Both the position numbers and the translations under genes were made by a program. Positions 25,207 to 39,465 of a stretch of DNA of 64,000 bases are shown piece by piece. Numbering within the stretch: position 1 is the stretch's first letter; every line of letters begins with the position of its first letter. This DNA is from Eledone cirrhosa (lineage: Eukaryota), in the NCBI GenBank assembly GCA_964016885.1, contig OZ024753.1, positions 42,842,001-42,906,000 on the forward strand, given 5' to 3'. A model generated the notes under the pieces. The model was given only the letters and a program-made list of their open reading frames with translations, was not told where the DNA came from and searched no databases.

Positions 25207-25274
25207 CACAAAATACTACCCTTTCATATTTATAATTGTTTGTAGCTCATATATAAGTATAAATAATATTATTA

Positions 25275-25343
<69 letters not shown>

Positions 25344-25425
25344 GATATAGATATAGATATATATAGATATAGATATATATAGATATAGATAAGACTTTTG
25401 AAACTCTTTTCCATTTTTTTGCCAG

Positions 25426-25598
25426 GATGATGGGTCATATTTATCACACATTCTGCCGGGAGGAACGGCTATGTAGCCACACCATTCAAGAACTTCGACC
25501 TAGTACCCAATACCAAATATACATTGTGACAAAAAGAGATGGCGATGGAGGTGCAGGCCCACCAGGACCAAGTATATTTGCGAAAACACTCTGTAGCA
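25426..25598 (+). CDS. Receptor exon C: second half of FN3-1 (MMGHIYHTFCREERLCSHTIQELRPSTQYQIYIVTKRDGDGGAGPPGPSIFAKTLCS)
   Basis: ttgccag| acceptor, |gtaagt donor; phase 2-1; LxPxTxY FN3 motif; absent from the ORF track. Confidence 0.9.
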
Positions 25599-27469
25599 GT
25601 AAGTAACCATTTAATATATCTTAAAAATACAATATGAGGGGACATTTTCAGAGATTGAGTTGCTTACTAACTGATTTACTACACACATGGTTTTCTTCCC
25701 TTTCTTATTCTCATCTATCTTTCTATTTCTTCTTCTGTTTCTCATTCTACCTTCCAATGAAGGACCCGTGTCCGAAACGTTAATACATATCCTTCTTCTG
25801 TATTGTTCTTCTGTTGATTTTTCACATACATTCCTATTAACTCTCTTCTTTCCATTCTTATAAATAGATAAACAGCTATAACTTATCCTTTATGCTTCAT
25901 ATTTTGGAATAGTTTCTAACCACATTGCAGAGTGTACCGGGTGCATTTTATAATGGTGCCAGCCCTATTACTTTATACAATGCTCTGTGTACATTTTATA
26001 GTGACATGAATGCTAATACTTTACAGAGTGTACTGGGTGCATTTTATGATGGTACCAGCCCTATCACTTTATACAGTCCTCTGGGTACATTTTATCTTGA
26101 CATGAATGCTAACACTTTACAGAGTGTACTAGGTGCACAATAGTGATCTAATATTATATAACAGCTAATACAGCATAACATCCTTGTATTAGAGTCTTGT
26201 GTGTCATATTATGAATGAAATTATTTCAATTCATTGGTTCTTTTTCAAGTTGAGGTTGCTATGACGTCTGTTAAGAGTTATTAGATAGATACAATATGGT
26301 ATAGATCTGTAATTCCTGAAGCATCGTAGGGGTGACATATTGACATAGGGTGCAACTAGGGTATTTATTTAACCTGGTAGAGCCATCTCTTCTCCAGGCC
26401 TGAATAGAGTAGATTTCTTTAAAAGAAGGATAGAGTGAAAGTATGGAAGTTAGAAATAGATACAGAGGAAGAATCAACTTTATCGACCTTGAATGAATGG
26501 CAAAGATAACCTCGGTGAAATTTGAACTCAGAGAGCTGAAATAAATATTACAAAGTATTTTCTCCGACATTCAAATGACTCTGCCTAGATACTGTATACA
26601 TTTAGTCTTTTTTAGAATTAACTTTTAATCAAGCTGAAGTTACAAAGTTTTATGGTGGTTCATTTGACCTAAGGTTTTAATTACATCAGTATTTCAGCAT
26701 TAGTATAAGTATTAAATAGTTTACAGTGTTTACCTGTAATACATAAAAAAGTAATGTGCAGAACTTATTAAATTATTGATACAAATTTTCTCTGTAATTT
26801 AAATTGAATTACAGCTTGCTTCAATCTAATTTCGAAAATTAATTTTATCAACACGTGCAAGCGAAATTGTACGAAAAAATATAATTCACTTAATAATAAT
26901 TTTTTTCGAAATCTAGAATAGTTTTGTTTCCAGAAAAGGCAGATTTTGAAATTTATATTACGCTATCATTTATCGTAATTTTTATTTTTCAAGCAGCCAT
27001 TTATTGAAGAAATTCTGAAGTGTTGAGTTACGTTGAATATGAGTAATGGGAAATGGAGGAGCAATAATAATTATTGAATTCTAATATTAGGAGGAAGGAA
27101 AAGAAAGGAAAGGGGTCCTTAGTTGTTGGTGCAGATATTGGGGTCCTGTCCTGAACCACGGACCCGCAGAGTTCAGTATTTTGTTTTAAGAACCTGATAG
27201 AGCCCTTCTCTAGATTCAACCATGGTTTATTTGTTCCAGAGAAAGTGATAAAGATATATATAAAGATTTATATATATGTGCGTATATGATTATGTGGCAC
27301 CAGTGTATGTATGCATGCTTTTGGGGAACCTGTGTATGCGTGTGTATGGTCGTGTGTAACTCATGTATACATGTGTGTGTGATTGTGTAGCAACTGTGTA
27401 TATGTGTGCATTTTTGTGTCTTTATTGAACAAGAATTAATCTTATTTCTTTGTTGTTTTTGTTTCACAG

Positions 27470-27561
27470 AACCTGATTTAGCGCCCAAAGTTGGCCGATT
27501 TATATCAGCACCACAATACAACAGCTCATATCCTAAAACTAAGGTCACAGTCACGTGGTCT
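27470..27561 (+). CDS. Receptor exon D: start of FN3-2 (PDLAPKVGRFISAPQYNSSYPKTKVTVTWS)
   Basis: tttcacag| acceptor, |gtaagt donor; phase 1-0. Confidence 0.88.
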
Positions 27562-28664
27562 GTAAGTAAATATTTTCTCTTCAACAAAAATTAATTTATT
27601 CCTCTATTTTTTTTTTTTATAGTTGAAAAATTAATTTTTATAATTGAAACATTAATTTTTATAATTGAAAAGTTAATTTTTATAGTTGAAAAATTAATTT
27701 TTATAGTTTGAAATTTACCCGGTGTTGTGACCACAGTAGATAGTATCAGCAATGGAAATACCAATAGAAACATTGTTTCCTTGGTCTGATTTGACAAGTT
27801 CCGCTTCACTCAATAAGCAAGGTCTGGGATCTTGTCAATCATTTATCCAACCCCTAAAGTTGGAAATATAATTTCTTGTTTATAAAGAATACAAATTACA
27901 AAATTAACAAAATAAGAGAAAAAGAAATAAAATATAAAAAAAGGGAATGGAAAGGCAGGCAGACCTTATACCTTTAGCTGGAGAGTACATCTTAGTGAAA
28001 CCCTGCAGAAATCAGTCAGCAACACTTGCTGCACCAGTCCTTATGGTGTTTGTTTCTTTGGTGTGAAGCCCTCATATTTATTTGGCAGAGGAAAACGGCA
28101 ATCCAGGGAAATAACTGGAAATGTCAAAATGAGTTGAGAGGGACTGGTGCTACAAAAAAAAAAAAATGCACCCAGTACACTCTGTAGAGTGGTTGATGAT
28201 GGAAAGGTTATCCAGCTGTTGGGATGATTTTTCAGTTGTGTCTAAGGTATGACAACCTCCCTAGTGTGGGTGCTATGATAATACACTCCTAGTAATCTCT
28301 GTAAAAATTGTTGGTGAAAGAGAGGGTATCCAGTCACAGAAAAACATGCCAAACAAAGGGTGAAGTGAATTCTTCAATAGTGTCAAAAACACAACAATTT
28401 CCCTTGCTGGTACCATGATGAAATATACCCTGTGCTCTCTGTAAATTGAGAGATATTATGTGAGATGCAGGCAGTAGCTTTAATTGAATTCTCATGTAGT
28501 TTGTGACAACCTGTTTAATCTTTGCCAAGAGGGAAAACAAACGTTAAATGATGATGATGAACAATATTAAAATCCCATATCTTATCTATGATATCTTTCT
28601 TTCCCTTCAATTCTATGCTATATACATTTTCAAATGTTTCTATCTTGTCTTTCTTTTGTTATAG

Positions 28665-28902
28665 GATCCCCCTAAAGGATCGTGGAATTGTGATAGCATA
28701 ACTAAATACTCGATTCGTTTTACCAGTCGAAAATATGGAATAGCTCCGACGGTAATAAAACGCGAGGGAAACACTGCAAAGTTTCATACTATTCAAGATC
28801 TCGAACCAGCGACCACTTATTGTGTTGATTTAATGTTTCAAACTAACAAGGGCTTCATTAGCCCGTATTCGGAGAGAAGATGTGTCACTACACCAGAGAC
28901 AA
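28665..28902 (+). CDS. Receptor exon E: rest of FN3-2 (DPPKGSWNCDSITKYSIRF...IQDLEPATTYCVDLMFQTNKGFISPYSERRCVTTPET)
   Basis: gttatag| acceptor, |gtacgt donor; phase 0-1; LEPATTY motif; absent from the ORF track. Confidence 0.9.
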
Positions 28903-29677
28903 GTACGTAGATTTTATTACATTAATAATATTTGCGATTCAATGATTTCCCAAGCTCTTGTGAAACTGTACACATTTAGTTAGTGTTATAAATTCTGCAA
29001 ACTGTACAATTCAATAAGGCATGTAATTCAATAAGCCTTGTAAACTTTAAGCCATTATAATTCACTAAACTATATATGTTCACGACAGCTGCAATGTATG
29101 TAGTAGAGTTTGATAAGTCAGATAGATGAGTAAATATTACTTGTACATGATCTGAACAGCTTCCTGTAGCAATGATCTGATTATATTAAGAGAGGAAGGA
29201 ATACATATACCCTGCTATCATTATCCAATATACATATCAGCTAATAAGGTGCCTACGTAGATTTTCTGATCAGCTTTCTTAAGATTATTGTGCTTTCTTT
29301 GAGAAGTAAATTTGTTTACGCTGAGTAAACAAAATCATGAGCGGAATGCATAAATAAAATATTAAATGCATGTGAACAGAGAGAAAGGACAGGCATATAT
29401 AGATTTACTGAAGCTACATGGCTTAGTGGTTAAAGTGTTAGGCTCATTATCATAAGGTCATAAGTTTGGTTCCCAGTGGTGGATTATATTCTCAGTGGAT
29501 TATATTCTCAGCTGAAAACTAGAGTTGTACCTGTAATACAATGGGTCAGCCTTTTTTTACACACTGCATCTTGCAGAATATCTCTGAGAATTTTGTGATG
29601 GGAAGGTTGCACAGTTCTCTAGAATGTTCTGCTATTTACACTAAATCCAAGGTATACTTGACTTGTATTTCGATGGG

Positions 29678-29880
29678 CCAGCCTTGCCTTGTCACATGGA
29701 ATCTTCCTGAGAACTACATGTTCTAAAATCGAAGGTATACTTTGCCAGTGTTTTGAAAGGCCAGGCTTGCCTTGTCACATGGAATCTTCCTGAGAACTAC
29801 ATGTTCTAAAATCGAAGGTATACTTTGCCAGTGTTTTGAAAGGCCAGGCTTGCCTTGTCACATGGAATCTTCCTGAGAAC
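29678..29880. repeat. About 82-bp tandem repeat, about 2.5 copies
   Basis: ccaggcttgccttgtcacatggaatcttcctgagaactacatgttctaaaatcgaagg... repeated. Confidence 0.85.
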
Positions 29881-30317
29881 TAAATTAAGGATGCATGTAT
29901 CTGTGGAATAGTCAATCACATGTACATTAATATTCGCCGCAAGTTGTTCGATTGTTGTAACACTTAGAACACTACTGGTCGTGAGAACTGCCAGAGGCCT
30001 AAACATAAACATATCCAGATAGAGAAGGCAGGAAATATTATTACATTTACTCTTGACTCGGCTGCTTGTATGATAAAAGCAGAGATAAAGCTTTGGTGTC
30101 ATCAATAACTAAAGATGGTTCAGCTTGTTAGATTTCTCGTTTCCTGATCCAATGCTGATACGGACTGCTATCTGGAGGAAATCTGACAAAAAGCTTCAGC
30201 TAAGAACGGAAGTTCAAATCTATTTCTCTTTCACATGATCTGATATAGTGCAAGCTAATAAAATTATTATTATTCTGTGAACAGTTAAACATATGTGTGT
30301 GTATATATATCTATATC

Positions 30318-30513
<196 letters not shown>

Positions 30514-30611
30514 TAGATATTGCTAAGCACGGAAATCTACATATTGCTTATTCACTCATACACATATATATACACACATACAGATAGATACATACATACA
30601 CGCATAAAAAC

Positions 30612-30642
<31 letters not shown>

Positions 30643-31749
30643 TATATACAAAGATACGTACATATATACATACATAGATACATACATACATACATACATA
30701 CATACATACATACATACATACATACATACATACATACATACATACATACATACATACAAACATACAAACATACAAACAAACAAATGCTTGTTTTATGGAT
30801 TTCTGTGATAAATACACTCAACATTCATTCTTTTACAGTAACTAGAGTAAAGTAAAAATTCTTCTGATAATTTGATAATTAGGAGTTTTACTGATGTTTA
30901 TTGATAATCCAATAATGGCAAAACTTTGAACTAAACAGTCACCAATAATGATTGCTACTTTAGGAACAAGGACAGCAATTTTTTGGGGGGAGAGGAAGTC
31001 GATTAAATCAACCCCAGTGCATTACTGGTAATTCATTTTATTGACAGCAAAAAGATGAAAGTCAAAGCTAACCTCAGTAGGATCTGAACTCAGAACGTAA
31101 AGGGCCATAACACTATGCTGTAAATCATGTTGTCCGATGCTCTACAGATATTGCCAATCAACCATCCAAAAATAATAACAACTAAAACCAAAAGTCTGTC
31201 TTGAGCCTGGATGTTCATCAGGCTGATGCTTAACCCGGTGTCCATGGTGTGAAGTGACTGAGAGCACAAGACTTCCCCCCTGGATAGGACGCCAGTCCAT
31301 CATAGAGTTAAACCTCCATCTATTACTGGTACTCATTTTCAGCTGAGTAGACAGGATCAACATGAAATGAATTCTTTTGCTCAAGAACAGAACACACAAC
31401 CCAGTCCAGGAGTTGAACCCATGATATTATGGTTGTAAGCCCTTACAACTAAGCCATGTGCCTCCACCAATAATAATGGTTTCTTATATAGGCACAAGGC
31501 CAGCAATTTTGGAGGAGGGGAAAGTCTGAGTTAAATCAACCTCATTGCGTGACTGGTACTTTACTTTATTGACCCCGTAAGGATGAAAGGCAAAGTTAAC
31601 CTCGGCGGAATTTGAACTCGGATCATAAAGGGCCGTGACTCTATGCTGCAAAGCATGGCATTTGACACTCTACCGATACTGCCAATCCACAATAATAACA
31701 ATTACATATATATGTTATTTCACTTTACCTCTTTTTTCTTCATTTCCAT

Positions 31750-32291
31750 TTCCCCTTGGCAGGTCACAAAATGTCACAGCTTTGGTCACAGTCTTGCAAG
31801 AGATAGACTGGTAACTTATTATTGTCAGTTTATTGTTGTCACAGTTTTAGCTGTCACAGGGTCTTGTTAGTCACAACAAAAACATTCTTTATTCTTCAAA
31901 ATCTCTCTTTGTGCTGAATAAGCAGTTTGATTAGGTAGTTTGGACAAGGATTTCATTTTGCTGAAAGTTCTACTTACTCAAAGATACTGACAAATAAAAA
32001 CATCTTGTGATTCATTTCTCAGTTTTCAGTGTAGGTAATTTTAATTTTATTTATATTTTTCTTGGTGCAATATTTCTGATTTGTCAGTAAATCTGAATAT
32101 CTAGAGCTTCTAACAAATAAAATTCCTATTCAAACTGCCTAATCAAACTGCTTATTCAGCATAACGAAATATTTCTAAGAAAAAGGAAATTTTTTTATTG
32201 TCACCAGAAGCACCAAATGACAGGTAAAACTGCAATGTCACCAATAATTTTAAAAGACTACCAATTATCAACTTGACTCTGCCAAGGGGAA
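31750..32291. mobile_element. Old fold-back/MITE-like element with long imperfect inverted arms
   Basis: Ends ttccccttggcag / ctgccaaggggaa; inner pair tgctgaataagcagtttgattagg / cctaatcaaactgcttattcagca. Confidence 0.7.
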
Positions 32292-32561
32292 GGGAAAAAG
32301 AAGAAAAAGAGGAACAGGAAAATAACTTTTAATACAATTTCCTGACAATCTAAAAAAACAAGTCATTTATAAAGGACACTTATATCGAAGTGTCACAAGA
32401 AAAATAAAGAGGAAATTCAAATTTCCTGCACTGAAGAACTTCAAAGTATTTTATTTGTCAACATATATATTATATACATGCATATTTCTATGTATGTATA
32501 TATATATATGAATATATATTTTTATGTTTATATGTATGTGTGTGTATATATATATGTATAT

Positions 32562-32658
32562 AACGAAGGATGTGTGGTAAGGGACCAGGTGGACCATAGT
32601 CCAGAAATAGCTGTCGAAATGGCTTGAGCTCTGCCGTCGGGGTCTTGAACATTTTCCC

Positions 32659-32660
<2 letters not shown>
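32562..32660. mobile_element. Fold-back element family copy 2 (head joined directly to the inverted arm)
   Basis: aacgaaggatgtgtggtaagggaccaggtggaccata followed by gtccagaaatagctgtcgaaatggcttgagctc... Confidence 0.75.
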
Positions 32661-32689
<29 letters not shown>

Positions 32690-32731
32690 CATGCATATAT
32701 ATGTATGTATATATATACATGCATATATATG

Positions 32732-32781
<50 letters not shown>

Positions 32782-33309
32782 TGCATATATATGTATGTAT
32801 GTATGTATATATATATATACATGCATATATATGTATGTATATATATATATATATATACATGCATATATATGTATGTATATATATATATATATATACATGC
32901 ATATATATGTATGTATATACATGCATATATATGTATGTATATATATATATATATACATGCATATACATGTATGTATATATATATACATGCATATATATAT
33001 GTATGTATATATATACATGCATATATATATGTATGTATATATATATATACATGCATATATATATGTATGTATATATATACATGCATATATATATGTATGT
33101 ATATATATATATACATGCATATATATATATGTATGTATATATATACATGCATATATATGTATGTATATATATACATGCATATATATATATACACATGCAT
33201 ATATATATATATATATACACATGCATATATATGTATGTATATATACACATGCATATATATGTATGTATATATATATATGTATATAAAAATTTATATGTAT
33301 AAATTTATA

Positions 33310-33358
<49 letters not shown>

Positions 33359-33511
33359 CAGTGTGTTTGTATAAGAATATATGTATTGTAAGTGTGTATA
33401 TGTATGTGGTAATTGTATGTATGTATGTATGTATATGTATGTATATGTATGTGTGTGTGAAATAATTACAGTCTTGAAACTACATCACTGTCTCCTGACT
33501 ATCTCTTGTAG

Positions 33512-33732
33512 AACCACCACCACCGAAGAATTTAATGCTTAAAAAGCGACTGAGTACTTCAGTTGTTGTAAGCTGGGAGCAGCCAGATAATCCCAGAGGT
33601 AATATTACAAAATATCGGATAATGTACTGGGGTATCAGCTCTACAGCTATAGGGCTAGAGGTGAAATCCTCCAGATACTACAATGAATACACCATTACGG
33701 GGTTGAAGCCATACACCATTTATAAACTGCAG
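33512..33732 (+). CDS. Receptor exon F: most of FN3-3 (PPPPKNLMLKKRLSTSVVVSWEQPDNPRGNITKYRIMYW...ITGLKPYTIYKLQ)
   Basis: cttgtag| acceptor, |gtaagg donor; phase 1-0; canonical FN3. Confidence 0.93.
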
Positions 33733-34175
33733 GTAAGGAAATCTCTTGAGTTTTTTTTAATGTCTTCCAACCATCATTATCATCATTAAATGTCTATCTT
33801 CCACGTTAGCATGAGTTAGACGGGAATTGTTCCACTTGAGGCAAGATTGGTCGGATGACCGTGTCTCGCTTGTATAGGGCTGTCTGGCAGGTTTTCTATG
33901 GCTGGATGCCCTTCCTAACACCAACCACATTTACAATGTGGACTGGGAGGGTTTTACTGTGTTACTTACACGACCACATTACAGCGTGGACTGTGTGTTT
34001 TTTTTGTCGTGACACCTACACGACCTCTTTAGTTTGGACTGGATGTTGTGGTACCAACATGACTTTACAGAGAAAGGGTGGTGTTGGTGGGAGTGTTTAT
34101 ATATGTGTTAGCTAATTCGGAAGAAAAAGAAAAGAAAAAAAGAGTGCTCTATGTATAGAACAGAGCTGTTTAATT

Positions 34176-34392
34176 AGAAAGTGAACAACACAAAATATAA
34201 CTACTCCATTACCAAAGGTTTCACAGCCCCAGACAATATCACTATACATCTGGATCATTCATCAGAGAGAGATGTTATGAATAGGTTTCATAACATCTCT
34301 CTCTGATGAACGATCCCGATGTATAGTGATATTGTCTGGGGTCCTGTAACCTTTGGTTATGGTGTAGTTATATATTGTGTTGTTCACTTTCT
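34176..34392. repeat. Long hairpin with about 106-bp imperfect arms and a 5-nt loop
   Basis: ...catcagagagagatgttatgaa taggt ttcataacatctctctctgatg... Confidence 0.92.
34204..34271 (-). ncRNA. Hammerhead-like motif in left arm of long hairpin
   Basis: Minus strand: cucucu-CUGAUGA-augauccagau...ucuggggcugu-GAAA-CCUUUGG-UA-auggag; imperfect stem I. Confidence 0.5.
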
Positions 34393-34673
34393 GATATGTG
34401 TTATATATATATATTATATATCATCATCATCATCATCTTATATATATACTTATATATGTACAAATGGATATATATACACATATATATTCATTCGAGTTTG
34501 ATGATCTGCAAGGTGAAACACCTGCCCCCGAAAATAGTTTATTAACTGTTGTGGAACTAACTTCTACAGGTATGTGTCTCTCTGTATATATATACAACCT
34601 CCATATATAAAACAACCTCCTTAACCACACAGCCACTCCTGTACCTAGAATCATATGATTACTATGGAAACCT

Positions 34674-34890
34674 TAACCCTTTAATGTTCAAACCGGCCAG
34701 AATTCTCTACAGTTTTCTTTTGAAACTGGCTGTAACTGGTCACTCAAACTGATGTTAAGGTATTGTTCTCAAAATAAATACTTTCAAAATCTCATAGATT
34801 CGATATTATGTGAGATAATTATGTAAGGTAAAACATTTACCATGAAAATATAATAGTATATATAGAGTAATGTGAATGCTAAAGGGTTAA
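34674..34890. mobile_element. TTAA-flanked piggyBac-like MITE (TTAACCCTTT...AAAGGGTTAA)
   Basis: Terminal inverted ends; other copies at 41023-41642 (split by a SINE), about 48640-49077 and 56331-56990. Confidence 0.75.
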
Positions 34891-35263
34891 ATAAAACATT
34901 ATTTATTTATAATTATCGGTAGAGGGTCGGACGCCATGCTTTGACGCATATTGTTATGGCCCTTGCCATTCTGAGTTTAAATCCCGCCAAGGTTAACTTT
35001 GCCTTTCATCCTTACGGGGTCGATAAAATAAAGTACCAGTAATGTACTGGGTAATTTGCTGGCCTTGTGCCAATAGTAGAAACAATTATTTATTTATAAT
35101 TATATGAACAGGACCAGAGAGGGATAAATATTTTGGGAATGGACATTTCATTGTGTGTGAAAACATTATTGCTAATGCTTCTTATATTTCCTTTAATTTT
35201 GTTGATTTTGTTAATGCCATTATGCTAATTATGGAATACTTTTCAACTTCACCTTTGACATAG

Positions 35264-35333
35264 GTTCGTTCAATTAATGGTGCCGGTATCGGACAGTCCG
35301 GAGAAGTGCTTTCTTTTACCACTGACCAGTCTT
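35264..35333 (+). CDS. Receptor exon G: end of FN3-3 (VRSINGAGIGQSGEVLSFTTDQS)
   Basis: gacatag| acceptor, |gtaagt donor; phase 0-1; VxxxNxxGxG FN3 strand F-G motif. Confidence 0.9.
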
Positions 35334-35390
35334 GTAAGTATTTCTTCTCATCTTCCTGTTAATTTATATTCCTATATAGATCGATATAAA

Positions 35391-35735
35391 TCATCATCAT
35401 CATCATTTCATTTTACGTCCGCTTTTCCTCTGCTTGGAAGGGTGGGAAGGGAACTGATTCTGGCTTGATTTCTACAGCTGGATGCCCTTCCTAACACCAA
35501 CCTCATTTACAGTGAGTGCTGGGTGCTTTTTTGCCGTGGCACCTGCACGACCACTTTACAGTGGAATGATAAGGACCTCAGTCCCTATCATCTCATTTCT
35601 ACAGCTGAGTAAACTGCAGCAATGTGAAATAAAGTGTCTTGCTCAAGGAAACAACACATCACTCGGTCTGAGAATTGAACTCACAACCTTTCGATTGCAA
35701 GGCCAATGCTCTAACCACTGAGCCATGTGCCTCCA
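35391..35735 (-). mobile_element. SINE family 1 copy, about 60 nt downstream of exon G
   Basis: Homologous to the 3074 copy. Confidence 0.85.
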
Positions 35736-36455
35736 TCATTCCTATATATATAACTATAAGCACAGCAACAAGTATATATATATATTTATATATTTCTGCC
35801 TACAATATTCATACCAGATACATTATATATATGATGACTTGCTATACAATCTTATTTAGCATAGTTGGATATCTAGTGTTTATCACACAGCAGACATTGG
35901 ATATCGGATTATTAACTGATAAACAGGTTCTTCAATATAATCTGTTTAACTCTTATGTTGTTGTCAACACTTGAAGTACTTAGAGATATTAAGTGCTTAA
36001 ACATTGTATTTGAAGTGAAATCAGGCTTTCTCAAACACTGTTATCTTTACTTATGTTTGTTGGATATGACAGAGTGGACATCTTTTGTTAGTCTTATATT
36101 TGTTGGATATGACAGAGTGGACATCTTTTGTTAGTCTTATATTTGTTGGATATGACAGTGTGGACATCTTTTGTTAGTCTTATATTTGTTCTAACAGCTA
36201 CAGTCAGAAATTGTAACAAAATGATATGACAAGTTACATGGTAGGAATTCATCACCATCACTATCACCATCACCATCACCATCATCAACACCATCACCAT
36301 CATCATCACCATCACCATCATCATCACCATATTCATCATCATTGTCATCTGCACCATCATCACCATCATCATTATTATCATCATTGTCACTAGCCCCATG
36401 ATGGTGATGGTGATGATCACCACCAGCATCAATATCATCATCATCATCATTGTCA

Positions 36456-36486
<31 letters not shown>

Positions 36487-36684
36487 CAGTGTACTCTGTT
36501 TTCTATACTGCTATGGGTTGGACATGTTGCCACGGTCTGAGACTATACAGGTCAGATGACCATGTCTGTGCCTGTGGAATGCTCAGCCACTTGCATATTA
36601 ATTACACAAAGCAGGCTGTTCTACTAATCATTGAACAACTAGATTCCTCATCATTAGAACGGATGGAGGGCCAAACAGCAAACC

Positions 36685-37503
36685 TGATGATGCATCATGC
36701 CAACAAAGTCAGAAAACAGCACAGCTCCCATGACTTTTGGAAACATCTTTTCACGCTCAGAGTTGGAACAAACTCCCTGCATCAGTTGTTAGCTGTCGAG
36801 ACACTGCATCCTTTAAAACCTCCATGGAACAAACTACCTGCATCAGTTGTTAGCTGTCGAGACACTGCATCCTTTAAAACCTCCATGGAACAAACTCCCT
36901 GCATCAGTTGTTAGCTGTCGAGACACTGCATCCTTTAAAACCTCCATGGAACAAACTCCCTGCATCAGTTGTTAGCTGTCGAGACACTGCATCCATTAAA
37001 ACCTCCATGGAACAAACTACCTGCATCAGTTGTTAGCTGTCGAGACACTGCATCCTTTAAAACCTCCATGGAACAAACTACCTGCATCAGTTGTTAGCTG
37101 TCGAGACACTGCATCCTTTAAAACCTCCATGGAACAAACTCCCTGCATCAGTTGTTAGCTGTCGAGACACTGCATCCTTTAAAACCTCCATGGAACAAAC
37201 TCCCTGCATCAGTTGTTAGCTGTCGAGACACTGCATCCTTTAAAACCTCCATGGAACAAACTACCTGCATCAGTTGTTAGCTGTCGAGACACTGCATCCT
37301 TTAAAACCTCCTTGCTTCCTGAGATTTGCCAACACTACACCTAATATTCCCCCTCCATACACACGCACATGTGTATATCATGACTCATACACTATTCACT
37401 TCCCCGATATTTGTACATTATTCTATGTTCTATACATGCACCCTTGATGAGTTCTAGTGCACCTGAGCACTGTACACAATAATTTCATTATTATTATTAT
37501 TAT
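36685..37503 (+). mobile_element. 3' end of a CR1/L2-type LINE containing a 61-bp tandem array (36765-37311, about 9 copies) and an (ATT)n tail
   Basis: HANKVRKQHSSHDFWKHLFTLRV...WNKLPASVVSCRDTASFK resembles the CR1-type ORF2 C-terminus; antisense tail copy near 17575-17660. Confidence 0.75.
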
Positions 37504-37673
37504 GGTGAAGGCGCATGGCTTAGTGGTTAAAGCAGTGGGCTTGCAATCGAAAGGTTGTGAGTTCAATTCTCGGACCGGGTGATATGTTGTTTCCTTGCGC
37601 AAGACACTTTATTTCACGTTGCTCCAGTTTACTCAGCTGTAGAAATGAGATGACAGGACTGGGGTCTCTATCA
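37503..37673 (+). mobile_element. 3'-truncated SINE family 1 head
   Basis: ggcgcatggcttagtggttaaagc...gagttcaattctc. Confidence 0.8.
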
Positions 37674-39110
37674 TTAAATCACCCAAGACACCTCCAACGA
37701 GATATACCTTGGAGGGGGCCAGCTAAACCTGGATAGGTGTGAGCTGCGTAATTGCTGGCCTTGTGCCAAAAGTAGAAACAATTATTATTATTATAAATAC
37801 CAAAAAAGTTCCATACGTAATTTTTTTAAATGTTTCTCTTTTAAATGGACTATCATGAAACATTAATTTATATTTTTGCTCTCCATTAAATAGTTTTCTA
37901 ATTAGCTACTGTATTCTACAGATGTTAGTTAATATGTAAAATACAACAATATATAATTAAACACAAAATTTCGATTAAAACAATCAACTAAAATAAGGTA
38001 TGAAAAGTTAGCATAATTAGTCGTCAGCATATTTAAATAGTTAAATCTAGCTGTGACAGGAGTATTGTCAACTGCTGGAATAACCCTTCATCATTGTCGT
38101 CATCATCAGTAGCATCATCATCATCATTGTTCTCCTCCTACTACTCATCACCATTATTGTTATCATTATTATTATTGTCGTTGTTGTTGTTATCGTTGTT
38201 GTTGTTCTTGTTATTGTTGTTGTTGTTGTCATTATTGTTGTTGTTATTATTGTCGTCGTTGTTGTTATTGTTGTTGTTGTTCTTGTCATTGTTGTTAGTA
38301 TTATCGTTGTTGTCATTGATGTTGTTGTTCTTGTCATTATTGTTATTGTTGTTGTTGTTGCATTTTTGCTGAGTCATAATTGTCAACTGAATTAGACATC
38401 CAGTTGACAAAGTAATGAAATTCCAGTTAATTTAAGAACATATAGTATATCTGTATGTGTGTATATATATCTGTATGTGTGTGTATGTATGTGTTTGGGT
38501 GTGTTTGTGTATGTATGTATATATATATATATATATGTTTGTGTGAGTATATATATATATATGTATGTGTATGTATATATGTGTATTTGTGTATGTATGT
38601 GTGTATATATATATATATATATGTGTGTATGTGTATGTATATATATATATATGTGTGTGTGTATGTATATGTGTACATATATATATGTGTGTGTGTGTAT
38701 GTATATATATATATATATGTGTGTGTATGTATATGTGTACATATTTATATATATATGTGTGTGTGTATGATGGTAATTGAGTGAATTACATACCATCTTG
38801 TCATATGTTGAAAGTTATTCATTTTAAAATGTACAAATGTACAAATCTATCAATATGAGTCCAAATAATAAAAATACGAGAGAGAAAGAGAGACAAATAA
38901 AAAACAAGATTGAGAGAATCTGACTTTCCTTCTCTCTATATATAATTCTGTTGCATGCATACTTTTATCACCTAGATCGAAATGCATGTGAATATATACA
39001 TACACAGACACGCAAATACAGAGAAAGAGTGTAGGGAAATTGAACGTTAAATGATGATTGAAGATTCCCATTTGTGATGTGTGGTTTTTTTAGTTATTTA
39101 TATATATGCC

Positions 39111-39143
<33 letters not shown>

Positions 39144-39175
39144 AGATCAAAAGATGGTTAAAGGAGTTCCATGTA

Positions 39176-39242
39176 TTTTATTATGCGCATTTCAAAAACA
39201 AACATCATCATGCAATAATATTTGTGTTTTCATCAGATAAAA
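39176..39242 (-). ncRNA. Minimal type I hammerhead ribozyme-like motif
   Basis: Minus strand: UUUUAU-CUGAUGA-[aaacacaaauauuauu gcau gaugauguuuguuuuu]-GAAA-UGCGCA-UA-AUAAAA; 6-bp stem I, about 15-bp stem II, palindromic stem III. Confidence 0.75.
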
Positions 39243-39418
39243 CAGGAGAACATGATATGAAGGTTAAAAAACACTTGTGGATAGTGCAGTTTTAAATCAA
39301 CATATTTTGATCAACATATTTTGATCTTATATTATGTATACTCCAGTCCTACAAACTGTAGAGTGCTTCTTATTCGATATCTGCATTGCTTTATTGTACT
39401 ACAATAAAACTCACCTCC

Positions 39419-39465
<47 letters not shown>

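Noticed and set aside
34500-34569. Possible extra exon (GETPAPENSLLTVVELTST|gtatgt)
   Set aside because: Has a donor-like site but no convincing acceptor, and exons F and G already join in frame to complete FN3-3
37960-38035. CUGACGA...GAAA on the minus strand (and similar partial cores near 5206, 24067 and 62590)
   Set aside because: No complementary stem I or valid NUH site could be found
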